DNA from: a virus
Lineage: Duplodnaviria > Caudoviricetes
IMG/VR virus record: IMGVR_UViG_3300042507_005553
Location: 1 to 53,703 of that record
Strand: one strand, 5' to 3'
DNA length: 53,703 bases
Every line of letters starts with the position of its first letter. The first letter of the stretch is position 1. Shown here one piece after another: positions 36,297 to 46,145 of this stretch. The notes beneath the pieces are model-generated. The model ran no database searches, was not told the DNA's origin, and saw only the letters and a program-made list of their open reading frames with translations. The position numbers and the translations under genes were made by a program.

Positions 36297-37149
36297 AATT
36301 TAAAATATATTTGGCTAGTGATTTTGTGGTTAAATTTTCTTTGGTGTATGAATGTAATATTTTTAATATATCAAAATATTTTTGCTCATCAAAATTAAAA
36401 GCTAATTCTCTAGCTTCTAATAATAATTCTTTTGGAAGATTAGTTAAGGTGTTTTTAGGACATTCATGTAAGTCTACAAAATATGGAATACAATTATTAG
36501 CTAGTATTTCATAATGTCTCATACAATCCCATCCAGCTTTTTTCATTGTTATCCCAAAATAAGATCTATTATAATCATTATAATATTCTTGTTCTATATC
36601 AAATTTATATCCGTCTTGTCCTGGAATTATAGTACCATATTCTTGAGTCTTATTTAATTGATTTAAAGCTATTTTACATTCTGGTATTGCAAAATGAATA
36701 GGAATAAATTTATTTGATGTTAATTCTCGTTTAAAATATGGATGGGTATTACTAAGAGGATGTATAGATGTGTCATCTGCTCCATCAATTAAAAATACTT
36801 TATTGTTAGGGTATGTTTTAGAAACTATATCATAGTAATCTAAGCATCTATTTATTGTTCCATAAATTATTAAGTCAAAGTATTTATCTTTGATTTTTTC
36901 CTCTATGTTAGTTCTATTAACATTATCTTTATCTATAAGATAAGTAGAAGTAAAACCTTTACCCCATAATAAATTTTGTGGTATTTTGTCTTGATTTTCT
37001 TTATATAAATGAACAATAGGAGTACTATCTACTACTTCAACATTTTCTAATTCAGTTAAACCATAAAAAACAATATCATTTAAATAATCATTTAAAAATC
37101 CACCTGATTTAAGGATACTTTGATGGTTAGTTATATATAATATTTTCAT
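36289..37149 (-). CDS. glycosyltransferase-like protein
   Basis: FLIDGAD, YFKRE, KKAGWDCMRHYEILANNCIPYF. Confidence 0.6.
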   Translation of the reverse strand: MKILYITNHQSILKSGGFLNDYLNDIVFYGLTELENVEVVDSTPIVHLYKENQDKIPQNLLWGKGFTSTYLIDKDNVNRTNIEEKIKDKYFDLIIYGTINRCLDYYDIVSKTYPNNKVFLIDGADDTSIHPLSNTHPYFKRELTSNKFIPIHFAIPECKIALNQLNKTQEYGTIIPGQDGYKFDIEQEYYNDYNRSYFGITMKKAGWDCMRHYEILANNCIPYFVDLHECPKNTLTNLPKELLLEARELAFNFDEQKYFDILKILHSYTKENLTTKSLAKYILNYV

Positions 37150-38066
37150 ATTAAAAATACTTTATTAAATTGTTTTATTATATTTTCTGGGGTGAAATCT
37201 TGATAACAATTCCATTCTTTATTTTCTATATCCGATTTCTGAATGTTTAATAATATGTTATATAATGAGCCATAATCATTGTAATATATTCCTTTATCTC
37301 CTAATACATTTATATGATTACGTTCTTCGGAATTAAAATATGTAATTACAGGCTTGTTTTTAGTTGAAAATTCCCCTATTGCTAAACCAAATGTTTCTCC
37401 TCTTTCACGAGCATGAATCATAGTATCACATGTGTTTATAAAAGCTACTTTTTGCTCTTGATCAGTAGTGCCATCAATAAATAAAACATTATCTATATCA
37501 CAAAATGGTTTTTGATTCATAAAAAGAAATATAATATCTTTTCTAATCTTAGCTATATCTGTAACAGCTTTTTGAGCAAAAGGTATTTCAAAATTGCTTC
37601 CACCATACCATCCTATTACTAATTTATCTTTAACATTAAAAAATTCTTTAAAATCTTCTTTAACATCAGGTAAATTTATCATATGGGGGACATATGGGGA
37701 ATTATTTCCATGATTTTTAGCTAGCCATTCAGAAACATAAGCATAAACACTACCATGTGGATCATAAGATGGAAATACTACATGAACTAAATTTTTAGCA
37801 TCTAAATGTGATTGATTATCATTAAATCCATATTTTAAAGAATAAAAATAATCACAAGGAAAAGTTTGAATATCTTTAAATGAGTCAAATAATAATGTTG
37901 AAAATCTATTTTTAAATTTTTCATAACTTTTTAATTCTGCTGTTTTTAATGATACAATAATAGATTTATTTCCTAAAATAGTTTCATTAAAATGAGCATA
38001 ATCATATGTAGCTATACTAGTTCCCCTTTCATTTAAATTAGGGTCAAAAAATAAAACTGTTTTCAT
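37146..38066 (-). CDS. GT-B (family 4-like) glycosyltransferase
   Basis: ERGTSIATYDYA, YAYVSEWL, GETFGLAIGEF. Confidence 0.78.
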   Translation of the reverse strand: MKTVLFFDPNLNERGTSIATYDYAHFNETILGNKSIIVSLKTAELKSYEKFKNRFSTLLFDSFKDIQTFPCDYFYSLKYGFNDNQSHLDAKNLVHVVFPSYDPHGSVYAYVSEWLAKNHGNNSPYVPHMINLPDVKEDFKEFFNVKDKLVIGWYGGSNFEIPFAQKAVTDIAKIRKDIIFLFMNQKPFCDIDNVLFIDGTTDQEQKVAFINTCDTMIHARERGETFGLAIGEFSTKNKPVITYFNSEERNHINVLGDKGIYYNDYGSLYNILLNIQKSDIENKEWNCYQDFTPENIIKQFNKVFLI

Positions 38067-38067
38067 A

Positions 38068-38256
38068 TTATTTTCTTATAAATAAAATATCTTGTTGATG
38101 AACTGTAGGGTGATTATTTTCGTCTAACATTTCTGCTTTTTTAAATCCAAAATTATCCATAAATTTTATTACTTCATCTACTCCAGGTAAATATCTAATA
38201 TCAATATTAGTATAACCTTCGATATGTTTTGTTCCGCAACCTAAATGTAATTTCAT
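38068..38256 (-). pseudogene. chimeric methyltransferase remnant
   Basis: N-terminus MKLHLGCG...NIDI of one MTase type joined to FkbM-like C-terminus QQDILFIRK in 62 aa. Confidence 0.55.
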
Positions 38257-38906
38257 ATTGTTTCGTAAAATTTATTTTGTATTTCTTGCCTTTGGATCGT
38301 TTTTGTGTGGTTTAGACTCCATTTTTCATCTAAAGGTAATGCAGTATATGTTTTATAGTTGATTAAAACTTCATGAACTTTATTTTTCCAACATATTCCT
38401 TTATTTAATCGAAAAACTCTCATTTGTAAGTCAGGCCAGCAATTTCTTCCTTTCTCATCTATACTCCATCCCCATTCTTGTAAATGTTTACCTTCTATCC
38501 CTATAGTAAAATTTTCTCTAGGAAGAACAAACATATCTATTTCAGGATTTTCTTCTATTATTATTGGTAAGTGTTTAATTAAAAATGGATGTGGAATTTC
38601 ATCAGCATCTAATTGTATTAAAACATCTCCACTAGCATTGCGTATTAATTCATTTTTAAACGAAGCAAAGTCGTTATTTAGTGGGAATATATACCATTTA
38701 CTATTAAGTATGGATTGAGATTCAATATGTCCTTCATGATTAAAATTAGTAAATAAATTACAAACCTCTAACACTTCAGGAGTATATGTTGAGTCTAGTT
38801 GAATTATTACTTCGTCCTCTTCTCGGATATTTTCCTTTAAAAAATGAAGTAATTTTTCTAATTCAGCTGCTTCATTATGAGCACAAATACAATATGATAA
38901 TTTCAT
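38253..38906 (-). CDS. glycosyltransferase family 2
   Basis: SYCICAHNE, DFASFKN, QLDADE, WPDLQMR, VHE. Confidence 0.85.
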   Translation of the reverse strand: MKLSYCICAHNEAAELEKLLHFLKENIREEDEVIIQLDSTYTPEVLEVCNLFTNFNHEGHIESQSILNSKWYIFPLNNDFASFKNELIRNASGDVLIQLDADEIPHPFLIKHLPIIIEENPEIDMFVLPRENFTIGIEGKHLQEWGWSIDEKGRNCWPDLQMRVFRLNKGICWKNKVHEVLINYKTYTALPLDEKWSLNHTKTIQRQEIQNKFYETI

Positions 38907-38929
38907 AGAGTTAATATAATAAATATATC

Positions 38930-39403
38930 TTAGTTTTCCACACCTCTAGGCATAACTCCAATAAACTCTAAAGAATCTATAAATCCTTTTTTACCAAATT
39001 TCTTCATAGTTTTCATATCCATTTTATATTCATAAAACTCACCTTTTTTACCTGGAATTGGGTATTTTTCTTTTTCTTCATCAGTAACCTTAGTTGCTAA
39101 TACTCCTACCCATTCCCAATCTTCAGTTGAAGTTCCATTTATAAACACCATTCCTGATGCTGGTAGATTAATACTTTGTGGTAACCAAATCATTTCAGTT
39201 TCAGGATCTTTCCAAGCTAATTGTTTATATAATTCAGGTAGAAGTTCAATTTGTTCGTTATAAAAATCTTCTCCTTCTTTCATTAATGAGTTAGTGAAAT
39301 AACCCGAAGCTAAACTCATATAATTACTAATACCAGGAGCTACTTCAGTTACGTAACATAATGGTTCTTTAGTCATTGGACATGTAATTAAATTATCTTT
39401 CAT
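38930..39403 (-). CDS. hypothetical protein
   Basis: 157 aa ORF. Confidence 0.65.
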   Translation of the reverse strand: MKDNLITCPMTKEPLCYVTEVAPGISNYMSLASGYFTNSLMKEGEDFYNEQIELLPELYKQLAWKDPETEMIWLPQSINLPASGMVFINGTSTEDWEWVGVLATKVTDEEKEKYPIPGKKGEFYEYKMDMKTMKKFGKKGFIDSLEFIGVMPRGVEN

Positions 39404-39409
39404 TTTATT

Positions 39410-40735
39410 TTATTTTTGTGGTTCAATTTTAGTGAGTTTTGGAAGCTCTATTTTACGAAGTTGAGGTAACTTAAGAGCTACAGCACGAGGAATTTTAGAA
39501 TCAATTTCATCAAAAATGATCTTCATTTTATCCTTCATAGCATCCCAACTAAATTCCTTTCTATTCTTAAATCCAAGTCTTTTACCTTTTACAGCTGCGT
39601 CTTTGTAATTTTCAAATACTGCTCTAAATGCATTTCCTATTTCTCCATGATTTGGAGAAAACCACTGAGACTCAGCTAATATCATATTTGGAACAACTGT
39701 AGAAGGATGTACATTTTTTAATTCACCATTAACCAAATAACTAAATTCAGGATCAAGAAAATCAATATGTCCACTCCAATTAGATGCTATGATTGGTTTA
39801 TTAATCATACTAAATTCAAGTAATGGTCTTCCAAATCCCTCACCTTTAGTAAGACTAACCATTGCTTTTATTTTTGGATGGTTATACAGTTCATTCATTT
39901 CACTATCAGAAAATTCACCATGTAATAAATAAACAGGTGGAATTTTGTTAGAATTAACGGATTTTCGAAGACTATCTAATTTCTTAAGTATTTCTCTTCT
40001 ATCCATATAAGATGAGGCACCACCACTAGTTTTTAGGATAAGAGCAGGTTGATTGGTTTTGTTTTTAAATGTCTCGTAAAATGCTTTAACTAATAAAGAT
40101 ACATTTTTGCGATCTTCCCCAAATTCTGCGCTTAAATTTATCCAATGTCCACAAAATAAGAAAGCAAATTGTTCTTTAACTGAGCTTAGGTCAATATTTT
40201 TAACATCTTCTGAGGGGATTGGTTTATATACTGATAAATCAGCCCCTTCAAATAGTACTTCCATCTTAGTTGATAATTCAACTTTACCTTCTAGTTGTTG
40301 GGTTTGTGGGTTTTGTCTATTGAATTTAGTATTTTTAAATACTGTTTTAGCATGTTCAGATGAAACTAATACTAAATCCATTCTGTTACAACCTTCAATC
40401 CAAGAACCATCACATATTGTTGTTTCTATTCCCGCTGTAATACCTACGTTAAATTTTCCTACTTTTTGAAATTCAGATGGAATTGTTATCCATATCATTA
40501 TATCAGGTTGATATTGTAATTGTGGAGTTGTTAGCGAATATTCTTCTAAGAATTTCCATTCAGGATTATCATCTGAAAATCCTTGAGGTGTGTTTCCCCA
40601 TCTACAAGGAAATATTTTTATATCCCAAGTGTCTTTATAAAGATCAATTAATGCTTTAACAACATCACGGCTACGACTTCCGTATCCTGAGTAAGTTTGT
40701 ACTGGTGCGTAAATTACACATTTTAATTTGTTCAT
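39410..40735 (-). CDS. glycosyltransferase family 4
   Basis: SGYG, GITAGIE, EDRKNV, KGEGFGRPLLE. Confidence 0.88.
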   Translation of the reverse strand: MNKLKCVIYAPVQTYSGYGSRSRDVVKALIDLYKDTWDIKIFPCRWGNTPQGFSDDNPEWKFLEEYSLTTPQLQYQPDIMIWITIPSEFQKVGKFNVGITAGIETTICDGSWIEGCNRMDLVLVSSEHAKTVFKNTKFNRQNPQTQQLEGKVELSTKMEVLFEGADLSVYKPIPSEDVKNIDLSSVKEQFAFLFCGHWINLSAEFGEDRKNVSLLVKAFYETFKNKTNQPALILKTSGGASSYMDRREILKKLDSLRKSVNSNKIPPVYLLHGEFSDSEMNELYNHPKIKAMVSLTKGEGFGRPLLEFSMINKPIIASNWSGHIDFLDPEFSYLVNGELKNVHPSTVVPNMILAESQWFSPNHGEIGNAFRAVFENYKDAAVKGKRLGFKNRKEFSWDAMKDKMKIIFDEIDSKIPRAVALKLPQLRKIELPKLTKIEPQK

Positions 40736-40746
40736 ATAACTTTTAT

Positions 40747-42189
40747 TTAGTAAGTAAGTTTGTGTTTAAGAATTCTTGGTTCGTAATCTGTATCTTTTAA
40801 TAACTCATATTTTTCTCTAGGTTTCCAAGTATTAAATAACTCATCAATACTTTCAATGACTCTATTACTCATTTTTTCTGCTGTAAATCCAGCTTCATCA
40901 CTTATTGCCCATTCCCTTGCTGCATCACTCATTTCTTTCTTTTCATCTTTAGATTTTTTATACAATTCCATAATTGCTTGAGCTGCATCTTCTGATTGAC
41001 ATTTATCATCAAAAATATATGGAGTAGGAACTGAACCTACTAATGAGTTATTTGTTGGGAATACTGGAATTGCCCATTTACCACATTTTTTATATGTTCC
41101 TTTATGATTAGAAGGTACATTTTCATTTGGAGTAAACCAATTTCCATCTTCATCTTCAAATCTCATTTGATCTTGCATACCTCCAGTTACGTTTCCAATT
41201 ATCGGAGTACCTGCTAACATACTTTCAGTTAATGATAATCCCCAACCTTCATTTGAAGTTAACAAAATAGTACCATCAGCCATATTGTATAACCAATTCA
41301 TTTGATCTATAGATGCTTTGGATTCATCAATAACAACATTGTTTTCTTCACTACATAAATATTCAATTACTGCTGGTAAATCAGTTCCATTCTCATCAAT
41401 TGCATTAGTATGAAGGATAAGTAAACATTTCTTTTTCTCGGCTTCTGTGAGTTGATCATTAAACATCTTCCAAGCTAAGATAGTATCTGGAATGCTTTTT
41501 CTTCTAATATTTCTAGAGTTGAATAATAAAATAAAATCATATTCTTTACCCTTGGTAATATTATTTTTATATTCTATATATTCTTTAGAATTTAATTCTT
41601 CTTCACTTAATGGACGGAAAGACTTATGATTTAAACCATGTGGTACGTATGATATAATTTTATTTTTAACTTTACTACCTAAAACGTTCTTATTAATAAA
41701 GACAGTTTGTTTAGATATACCTAATAAAGCATCACAACTTTCATAAAATTCTTTATTATACATTGGAGCAGGAACACTATCCCATATATTAAGATAAACT
41801 ATAGGAATTTGTTTTCTAAGCTCATTCTCCATTTGGAATAACCAAACAAAATACCTTGGATCAGTTATAAGCATTATAGCATCAGGTTTATCTAATTTTA
41901 TAATTGCTCTTAATAATTCAGGATTCCCATAACCATCAGTTGGATACATTATTACACTAGAATCATTTATCCCAGCTAAATTATTTGTATCTGCAGATAA
42001 GTCTAATCTTTTACCTTTTTCAGGATGAGTAATTGCTCCACCTAATGTTACCCAATCATAGTGATGACATGTATTTATTACTATTTCACGAGCAACATTC
42101 CCCACGCCTGAGTAAGCTCTTATATCGTCCGATATTAGTAATATTTTTTTTCTTTGATTTGAAGGTAAATAACCTAATTTTTCTTCCAT
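40747..42189 (-). CDS. glycosyltransferase family 4
   Basis: YSGVG, VPHG, RNIRRK, NEGWGLSLTESMLAGTPII. Confidence 0.88.
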   Translation of the reverse strand: MEEKLGYLPSNQRKKILLISDDIRAYSGVGNVAREIVINTCHHYDWVTLGGAITHPEKGKRLDLSADTNNLAGINDSSVIMYPTDGYGNPELLRAIIKLDKPDAIMLITDPRYFVWLFQMENELRKQIPIVYLNIWDSVPAPMYNKEFYESCDALLGISKQTVFINKNVLGSKVKNKIISYVPHGLNHKSFRPLSEEELNSKEYIEYKNNITKGKEYDFILLFNSRNIRRKSIPDTILAWKMFNDQLTEAEKKKCLLILHTNAIDENGTDLPAVIEYLCSEENNVVIDESKASIDQMNWLYNMADGTILLTSNEGWGLSLTESMLAGTPIIGNVTGGMQDQMRFEDEDGNWFTPNENVPSNHKGTYKKCGKWAIPVFPTNNSLVGSVPTPYIFDDKCQSEDAAQAIMELYKKSKDEKKEMSDAAREWAISDEAGFTAEKMSNRVIESIDELFNTWKPREKYELLKDTDYEPRILKHKLTY

Positions 42190-42214
42190 ATGTGTTGATT
42201 TATCTTTAATATAA

Positions 42215-42952
42215 TTAATTTTCTTTATATTTCCAAATATAATTACCTGCTCGTTTAACTTTCCCTAATAAATTAGCACTAATGTTAGTGATTTTAGTTT
42301 CACTTTTAGCCTGTTTAATAGAATCCCATTCTCTAACAAAACTCCCACTTAAATCATATTGAATAATACACTTAGATAATGATTTAATTTTTTGTTGAAT
42401 AGCTTTATCACTGTGTTTTCCTCCTTTTGGAGCACCCATATTCTTCCTTTTTTCTTCTGAATGTTTTCTTCCGCTATTTGCTTTACTTATTTTTTCTTTG
42501 GATTCTACTGTGTGTATTATTCCTTTTCTATAGGTATTACCTAAATTTGTCATTCTGGCAGATGGAAACGGTTTTCCTAATTTAGATTTCCTTATATTTT
42601 CTATTCTATTTGGTGAATTAGATATTTTTTGTTTGGTTTCTTCACTACATAACCCTTTTGATCCTCCTAATTTACAATTTAGACCACCCCACCCTAATGT
42701 ATTATATAGTAGTCCCCAATATATTTCTCTTTCATTTAATTGTTCTACTAAGCATTCTTCTATAATTTCAAACTTGTGATTTTCCCATCCATGTTTTTTA
42801 AGAGAATTATATATTTTAGGCTGTTGTTTACATGATAATATTCTATATGTATCATATCTTTTCCAAACATTAGTTGATTGCCCAACATAAACTTCACCCA
42901 TTATGTTTGTTATTTTGTAAATTCCTATGATAACGTTGTCTTGCTTTTTCAT
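42215..42952 (-). CDS. GIY-YIG homing endonuclease with NUMOD repeats
   Basis: IGIYKIT...VYVGQS; LNEREIYWG shared with 21920-22600; probable start MKKQDN. Confidence 0.88.
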   Translation of the reverse strand: MKKQDNVIIGIYKITNIMGEVYVGQSTNVWKRYDTYRILSCKQQPKIYNSLKKHGWENHKFEIIEECLVEQLNEREIYWGLLYNTLGWGGLNCKLGGSKGLCSEETKQKISNSPNRIENIRKSKLGKPFPSARMTNLGNTYRKGIIHTVESKEKISKANSGRKHSEEKRKNMGAPKGGKHSDKAIQQKIKSLSKCIIQYDLSGSFVREWDSIKQAKSETKITNISANLLGKVKRAGNYIWKYKEN

Positions 42953-43049
42953 CTTCTTGCTCTTTATTTTTCCAATAATAATCACGAGCACGTTGTCTTT
43001 TAACATTATTTTTTTCTTCTAATGTTTGATATTTTTTTAAACGGCCCAT
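42894..43049 (-). CDS. small basic protein (51 aa) overlapping the GIY-YIG start
   Basis: MGRLKKYQTLEEKNNVKRQRARDYYWKNKEQEDEKARQRYHRNLQNNKHNG directly after ATATTTATAATAAA. Confidence 0.5.
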   Translation of the reverse strand: MGRLKKYQTLEEKNNVKRQRARDYYWKNKEQEDEKARQRYHRNLQNNKHNG

Positions 43050-43089
43050 TTTATTATAAATATATAAAGATCCAAAAAAGATACAATTA

Positions 43090-43272
43090 CTATTTGGATG
43101 TTGTGGAATTATTAATCATCTTTCGGAATTCTTCATCGTTTATGTACAAATTCATACACACATCTACTAATTTATTTAGACTGCTTTTATATTTTATACT
43201 TAAAATTTTAAATTCCTCAAATTGATCAGGATTTACTTTTACACTTGTGAGTTTTTGTTCTGAAGATCTCAT
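43090..43272 (-). CDS. small ribbon-helix-helix-like protein
   Basis: LTSVKV strand followed by two helices. Confidence 0.5.
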   Translation of the reverse strand: MRSSEQKLTSVKVNPDQFEEFKILSIKYKSSLNKLVDVCMNLYINDEEFRKMINNSTTSK

Positions 43273-43304
43273 TTTTATTGTTTATATATACATATATGAG
43301 TATT

Positions 43305-44249
43305 CTAAGAGACTCCAGAGTTGCAAAACTTAGTGTTAAGAAATGAACAAAATTTACATCCCCATTCACTTGGGTTAGGGAGATTATTAGATGTTTTATA
43401 ACCATTATTATCAAAACATTCATTTATAAATGAATCTAATGCGTTAACTGCTTTAGTTATTTTCCCTTTCCCAGAAGCTGGGATGAATTCTTGGATCCTC
43501 TTTTGAGGAAATTCAGATTGTTCAGGTAATTTTCGTTTTAATATCATAAACTCTACTTCGATTTTATTTATATCTATATTAAATTGAGTAGAAAAGAAAT
43601 GTTTATATAATAATAATTGATTTATTTTATTTTCATCTTTCTTCTGGTAATCACCCCATGATCCTTTTGATGTTTTAAAATCATATATTTTAAAGGTTTC
43701 AGTAGGTTCATGATACATTACTAAATCTATAAGACCCTTGAATATAACGTTGTTATATTGTTTGTTTGGAGTTGTTAATATTGGTACTTCAACTCCAATT
43801 AGATGCCATCCTCTTTTGCTAAAATATAAACTTTTTTTCTTTTTTAGAAAATTTAATATTTCTACTCCATCATCATAATATTCTCTCATTTCATCAGAAT
43901 TACTAAAATGTGTGTTATTATTCTTTTCATAAACTGTTTTATATTCAGATCTAAAATTTTCGGAAAATTCTTCTTCTAAATCTAATCTATCGGCAGCGGC
44001 CGCACTTTGAGTATACATTATAGTAATATATTTTTGAATAGTATTATGCATACTTGTTCCAAATATTGAATTTATGCTAGCATCAAATAAATAATTTCCA
44101 TCTTTATATTTTAATTCCCATTGTTTTGGGCAATTAGTAAAAGTAGATAATTGACTATATGAAATAGACTTTTGATAAGCATAATTTAATTCAGGTAATT
44201 TATACTTTTGTATAGACTTAACTATTGAAGGGATTTTTTTACCTGCCAT
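43305..44249 (-). CDS. PD-(D/E)XK nuclease (RecB/Cas4-like)
   Basis: ISYSQLSTF..CP, FGTSMH, GVE, GLIDLV, IYDFKTS, QLLLY, CKFC...C. Confidence 0.88.
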   Translation of the reverse strand: MAGKKIPSIVKSIQKYKLPELNYAYQKSISYSQLSTFTNCPKQWELKYKDGNYLFDASINSIFGTSMHNTIQKYITIMYTQSAAAADRLDLEEEFSENFRSEYKTVYEKNNNTHFSNSDEMREYYDDGVEILNFLKKKKSLYFSKRGWHLIGVEVPILTTPNKQYNNVIFKGLIDLVMYHEPTETFKIYDFKTSKGSWGDYQKKDENKINQLLLYKHFFSTQFNIDINKIEVEFMILKRKLPEQSEFPQKRIQEFIPASGKGKITKAVNALDSFINECFDNNGYKTSNNLPNPSEWGCKFCSFLNTKFCNSGVS

Positions 44250-44463
44250 CTTTTTCTTTAAACATTTGTTGGGCTTTTTTCAAATATAAAATTGCATCCA
44301 TGTGTTCTTCTAAAGCATGGTTAATATAGTCTTCAAATGATAAATCACTTCTATCAAGTGTTTGACCATACTTTTCTTTCCCCATCTTAGCTCTATCAAT
44401 AAACTTTTCAATAATAGACTGAACTATAGAATCTGGGGTAAATTCATCATATTTTACTGGCAT
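44239..44463 (-). CDS. small phage protein, possibly MazG-like helical pyrophosphatase
   Basis: GKEKYGQTLDR...HALEEHMDAILYL. Confidence 0.5.
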   Translation of the reverse strand: MPVKYDEFTPDSIVQSIIEKFIDRAKMGKEKYGQTLDRSDLSFEDYINHALEEHMDAILYLKKAQQMFKEKDGR

Positions 44464-44905
44464 TCTTCTTTGATTTTTTAGGTTGAGATTCATTTATCCC
44501 CATACTATCTAGAATATCTTTTACCTCATCTTTAGATAAGAGTTCTAAATATTCTGAAGCCTCTCTATTAGAACATTCATAGTACTTAGATATATTATCT
44601 AATAATTCAGGGTCTTGTGGCTTTTTAGTAGTTTTAATATATGGGAAATAAGTCTTTTGGGATTTTGGAATCATAGAACAATATACTATATATGATTTTT
44701 CTTTATCTTGGATATTCAGTTTCTGAACATAGTTAACTATATCCAAATAACCTTGATTCATTGAAAGAAACTTATTAATCATAAATACATTATATGTCTT
44801 TTTATCTTCCTCAGAGAAATCATTCCAATTTTTCTTAAAACTAATTATTTGTTTTATCCAATCAAATAATGATAATGAACTATTTTGTTGGATCTTCTTT
44901 TTCAT
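44447..44905 (-). CDS. clamp loader small subunit (T4 gp62-like)
   Basis: LFDWIKQI...YNVFMINKFLS...YYECSNREASEYL; near clamp loader ATPase. Confidence 0.7.
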   Translation of the reverse strand: MKKKIQQNSSLSLFDWIKQIISFKKNWNDFSEEDKKTYNVFMINKFLSMNQGYLDIVNYVQKLNIQDKEKSYIVYCSMIPKSQKTYFPYIKTTKKPQDPELLDNISKYYECSNREASEYLELLSKDEVKDILDSMGINESQPKKSKKNASKI

Positions 44906-45146
44906 ATAAGTCTCTAAATTCTTGTTGTAATTCTTTAGGTAATAATTCTATTAGTACTTTTTTAGTTACTAAATCATAGAAGCAAGGTACTGGAATAATA
45001 ACATCCTCTGGGGAACCTGCTACGAATTTAGATAATTTTTTTAACACTACTCCTTCTGTAAATACACAATTTCCTTCAGGTGAAAATACAGTTGTTGCTA
45101 ATTTAATATCAATTTTTGGTTGGTTTACTTGTGATGGTCCGTTCAT
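44880..45146 (-). CDS. hypothetical protein
   Basis: 88 aa ORF. Confidence 0.6.
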   Translation of the reverse strand: MNGPSQVNQPKIDIKLATTVFSPEGNCVFTEGVVLKKLSKFVAGSPEDVIIPVPCFYDLVTKKVLIELLPKELQQEFRDLYEKEDPTK

Positions 45147-45147
45147 T

Positions 45148-46083
45148 TTATATAATTTGTTTTTGTTTAATTGTTTCTAATATACGAGATATACATCCCA
45201 TAATGTTAATTTCTTTATCTAAGACAAATGATGAATGATACATATATTCTTCAAGAATTATTGTTATCATTCCTTCTCTATTAAGAGCGTAGTTCTCAAT
45301 CTGCTCATATAAGAACCGATAAACGTCTTCATATGAAGATAAATCAGCGTCTGCCAATAGTTGTCTAATGTTTGTAAAACTGCTGATTGTGGGCTTTTTT
45401 AATTCATTTAATATACTATTTAAATAAGCATCGTTTGAATTTAATTCTCTTACATTAAGTACAAGCTTTCCATTAGTGCTATATTTTTGAAACGCATTGA
45501 TTGTTTTTCTAAGATCTGGATAGTATTTTTTAATAATAATAACTAAATCCTCTTTTTCATACTGAATATTTTCTTGTGTAAGAATACTGTCTATAAAGAG
45601 TGCGATATCTTTCTTAGATGGAGCTACTAAATCAAATTCAGTACATCTACTTCTTAATGGATCAATTAATCTTTCAGCATAATTACCTGTTAAAATAAAT
45701 CTAACATTGAAGCTATAAGTCTCCATCATATTAAGTAATAATACTTGTGATGCTTGGAGTAAATGAGTAGCTTCATCAAGTATCACTATTTTTAAAGGCT
45801 TGAATGTTGCAGATGAAGCAAATGAACCTACTTTATCTTTAATATCATCCATGCTTCTATGTTCAGTAGCATTTAAATATATGTAATCACAATCAATATT
45901 ATTTACTAAAATTTTAGCTAATGTAGTTTTTCCAGAACCCGGTTTACCAGCAAAAAGTAACATTGGGATATTTTGAGTATCAATAAATTCCTTAAATTTT
46001 AGTTTATGTTCTGAAGAACATATGAAAGTATCTAAAGTATCAGGTCTAAATTTCTCATTCCAGATTGTATGGTTTCTTTTCAT
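45148..46083 (-). CDS. clamp loader AAA+ subunit (RFC / T4 gp44-like)
   Basis: WNEKFRP, GKPGSGKTT, ILDEA, LRSRC, PDLRK. Confidence 0.92.
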   Translation of the reverse strand: MKRNHTIWNEKFRPDTLDTFICSSEHKLKFKEFIDTQNIPMLLFAGKPGSGKTTLAKILVNNIDCDYIYLNATEHRSMDDIKDKVGSFASSATFKPLKIVILDEATHLLQASQVLLLNMMETYSFNVRFILTGNYAERLIDPLRSRCTEFDLVAPSKKDIALFIDSILTQENIQYEKEDLVIIIKKYYPDLRKTINAFQKYSTNGKLVLNVRELNSNDAYLNSILNELKKPTISSFTNIRQLLADADLSSYEDVYRFLYEQIENYALNREGMITIILEEYMYHSSFVLDKEINIMGCISRILETIKQKQII

Positions 46084-46104
46084 AACTTTTTATTTAATAT
46101 AAGA

Positions 46105-46136
46105 TAAAAAAGGGAGTTAGTAAAACCAACTCCCCA
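46105..46136 (-). terminator. intrinsic terminator after groEL, overlapping a promoter-like motif
   Basis: GGGAGTT-loop-AACTCCC followed by T6 on minus strand. Confidence 0.6.
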
Positions 46137-46145
46137 TATTTATTT

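Noticed and set aside
43305-44249. Cas4 as evidence of a CRISPR-Cas system
   Set aside because: Stand-alone PD-(D/E)XK nuclease in a replication cluster; common in phages.
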